Below are positions 62,718 through 64,000 of a DNA stretch of 64,000 nucleotides, in pieces. How positions within the stretch are numbered: position 1 is the first letter of the stretch; each line of letters opens with the position of its first letter. The notes under the pieces are model-generated. The model was not told the DNA's origin. It made no database searches and was given only the letters and a program-made list of their open reading frames with translations. The position numbers were made by a program, and so were the translations under genes. Source of the DNA: a virus (Duplodnaviria; Caudoviricetes); the IMG/VR virus record IMGVR_UViG_3300020576_005251, positions 96,001 to 160,000 of that record; one strand, given 5' to 3'.

Positions 62718-63430
62718 TCAGAGACCTGTTGTCCAGCGCTGCCCAGGGAGCTTGCGTCGAATGAGGTCGGCTAGGTCCGCGTCGCTCACGCCACAGAACA
62801 CACGAGACAGATAGGCCAGTTCGAAGAGCGGCGGCGTGAACCCGTAGCAGGACAACGCCACGGCGTAGGTCGCTCGGCGTCGAGCATCCTCCACCGTGGT
62901 CGGGTCCCATGGCATGACCTCCCAGGTGCGCGCTACATGCACGCGCACAGTGGGAGACCCGTGGGTACGAGACACAAGGGCGTCATACGCACGCCCAGCG
63001 TCCGCACCCATCTTCTTGAGCAGGAACACGCCCAGCTCATAGAACAGAGAGTCGGGATGGGTCAGGTACTCTCGGCTGAGCACCCACAGCATGGCCTCTC
63101 CGCTGGGGCAGAGATCCCACGCAGCTTGAGGAGTATCCGCGTTCCACCACTCTGCGTCATCCTCCCAGGTCCGATGAAGGACACGCGATTCGATCGCCTC
63201 CTGCCAGCGAGCCTCCCAGGGGGCGGGTCGCCTGAAGAATGTTTCGAGTAGATCAGCCTCCGAGGGTCGATTCGTTATCCGTGTGATCCTAGCTTCTCCC
63301 CCTTTCGCCGCCGAGTAGACCAGCGCCCCCGACCAGAGATCCCACCCCCGCTCCGCAGGATGCTCAATGAGCAGCTCTACGTCACGGCACTCGCCCCCGA
63401 TTGCTTGCGCCGCTCTCTCGATGATTCGTA
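62718..63430 (-). CDS. hypothetical protein (start uncertain)
   Basis: AW..CP.G..MLW.L...ADLIRR pattern; no clear start codon. Confidence 0.45.
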
Positions 63431-63943
63431 CTCGTGCTTCGCTTGACTGCCGCAATCCAACGCCCTTTCCATGATGTAGCGGAGCTCGTAGTCGCTCTCG
63501 ATCCCCCAGATCCCATCGCTCGCGAGTACCCGATCGGAGTCGTACGTGTCGGGATCCTCCTCCAGCGGAAGCAGGTAGGTGACCACGCCCACCCACCCCA
63601 GGTCGCCACTTCCGTAGCGTTCCAGCCGCCCCTTGCGTGACTTGAACGCCTCTCGCGCCAGGGCGTCTGCCTCCGCCTTCGTGTGCCCATCCCGCCAGTA
63701 GTAGCTGCGGAGTTCGAAGTAGTTGTAGTTCGACACGACGCCGTAGTCGAACTCCCACCTGATGCTCTTGCCTTCGTTGCGGTGGTAGGCGCCCTCCATC
63801 CAGTAGTGGCGATGGGCGGGACCCCGGAGGGAGATGGGACGCATGCCGTGCTCAAGGGTGAGCTTGCACTCCCCGATGTCGCACTTCGCCTGCGTCCCCA
63901 TTCGCAGACTCTTCCCGTGAACGGGGCAGGTCTTCTGGATCAT
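63377..63943 (-). CDS. hypothetical protein
   Basis: 188 aa; DGIWGIESD motif. Confidence 0.55.
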   Translation of the reverse strand: MIQKTCPVHGKSLRMGTQAKCDIGECKLTLEHGMRPISLRGPAHRHYWMEGAYHRNEGKSIRWEFDYGVVSNYNYFELRSYYWRDGHTKAEADALAREAFKSRKGRLERYGSGDLGWVGVVTYLLPLEEDPDTYDSDRVLASDGIWGIESDYELRYIMERALDCGSQAKHEYESSRERRKQSGASAVT

Positions 63944-64000
63944 CCACGGGACGTAGCTCGCCCAGTCGGGGGTCTCGTCGGTGAACTCCCCTTCGTGGTC

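Noticed and set aside
1-64000. CRISPR array
   Set aside because: No 25-45 bp repeats with regular unique spacers; the repeated motif is 9-11 bp and kilobases apart.
1-64000. tRNA or rRNA genes
   Set aside because: No cloverleaf or T-loop in intergenic gaps by eye; tRNAscan-SE would be needed to exclude them formally.

Overview
This window is a gene-dense, high-GC segment of a large tailed phage genome. No capsid, terminase or polymerase lies inside it, so the assignment rests on gene architecture. About 1-14 kb is a virion/structural block: a neck-like protein, a tail-fibre-like cassette on the + strand, Gly-rich membrane-type proteins with recurrent K-x-A motifs, a pyrophosphatase-domain protein and a lipoprotein metalloprotease. 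About 14-57 kb is a run of roughly 110 short, translationally coupled minus-strand genes, broken only by a ~700-bp degenerate palindrome (28480-29170) and one + strand ribbon-helix-helix gene. dCMP deaminase (~52 kb), a DHH phosphoesterase, a dNMP kinase and a SNF2-like helicase lie towards the right end. The strongest unexplained signals are four. (1) A palindrome, RTACG(G/C)CGTAY, has at least 35 copies of its 9-bp core, spaced about every 1-3.5 kb, in several reading frames and built into terminator stems. (2) Two families of ~110-140 aa Cys/Asn-Asp proteins have expanded to about 29 domains, including a 12-gene tandem array with DNA repeats across the gene junctions. (3) The large palindromic non-coding element sits next to the RHH gene. 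(4) A promoter-like motif, TTTTCNGGTAKAAG, recurs at the heads of minus-strand gene runs. I saw no CRISPR array, tRNA, rRNA or integrase/transposase. All counts were made by eye, and family names are from recall and need HMM confirmation.
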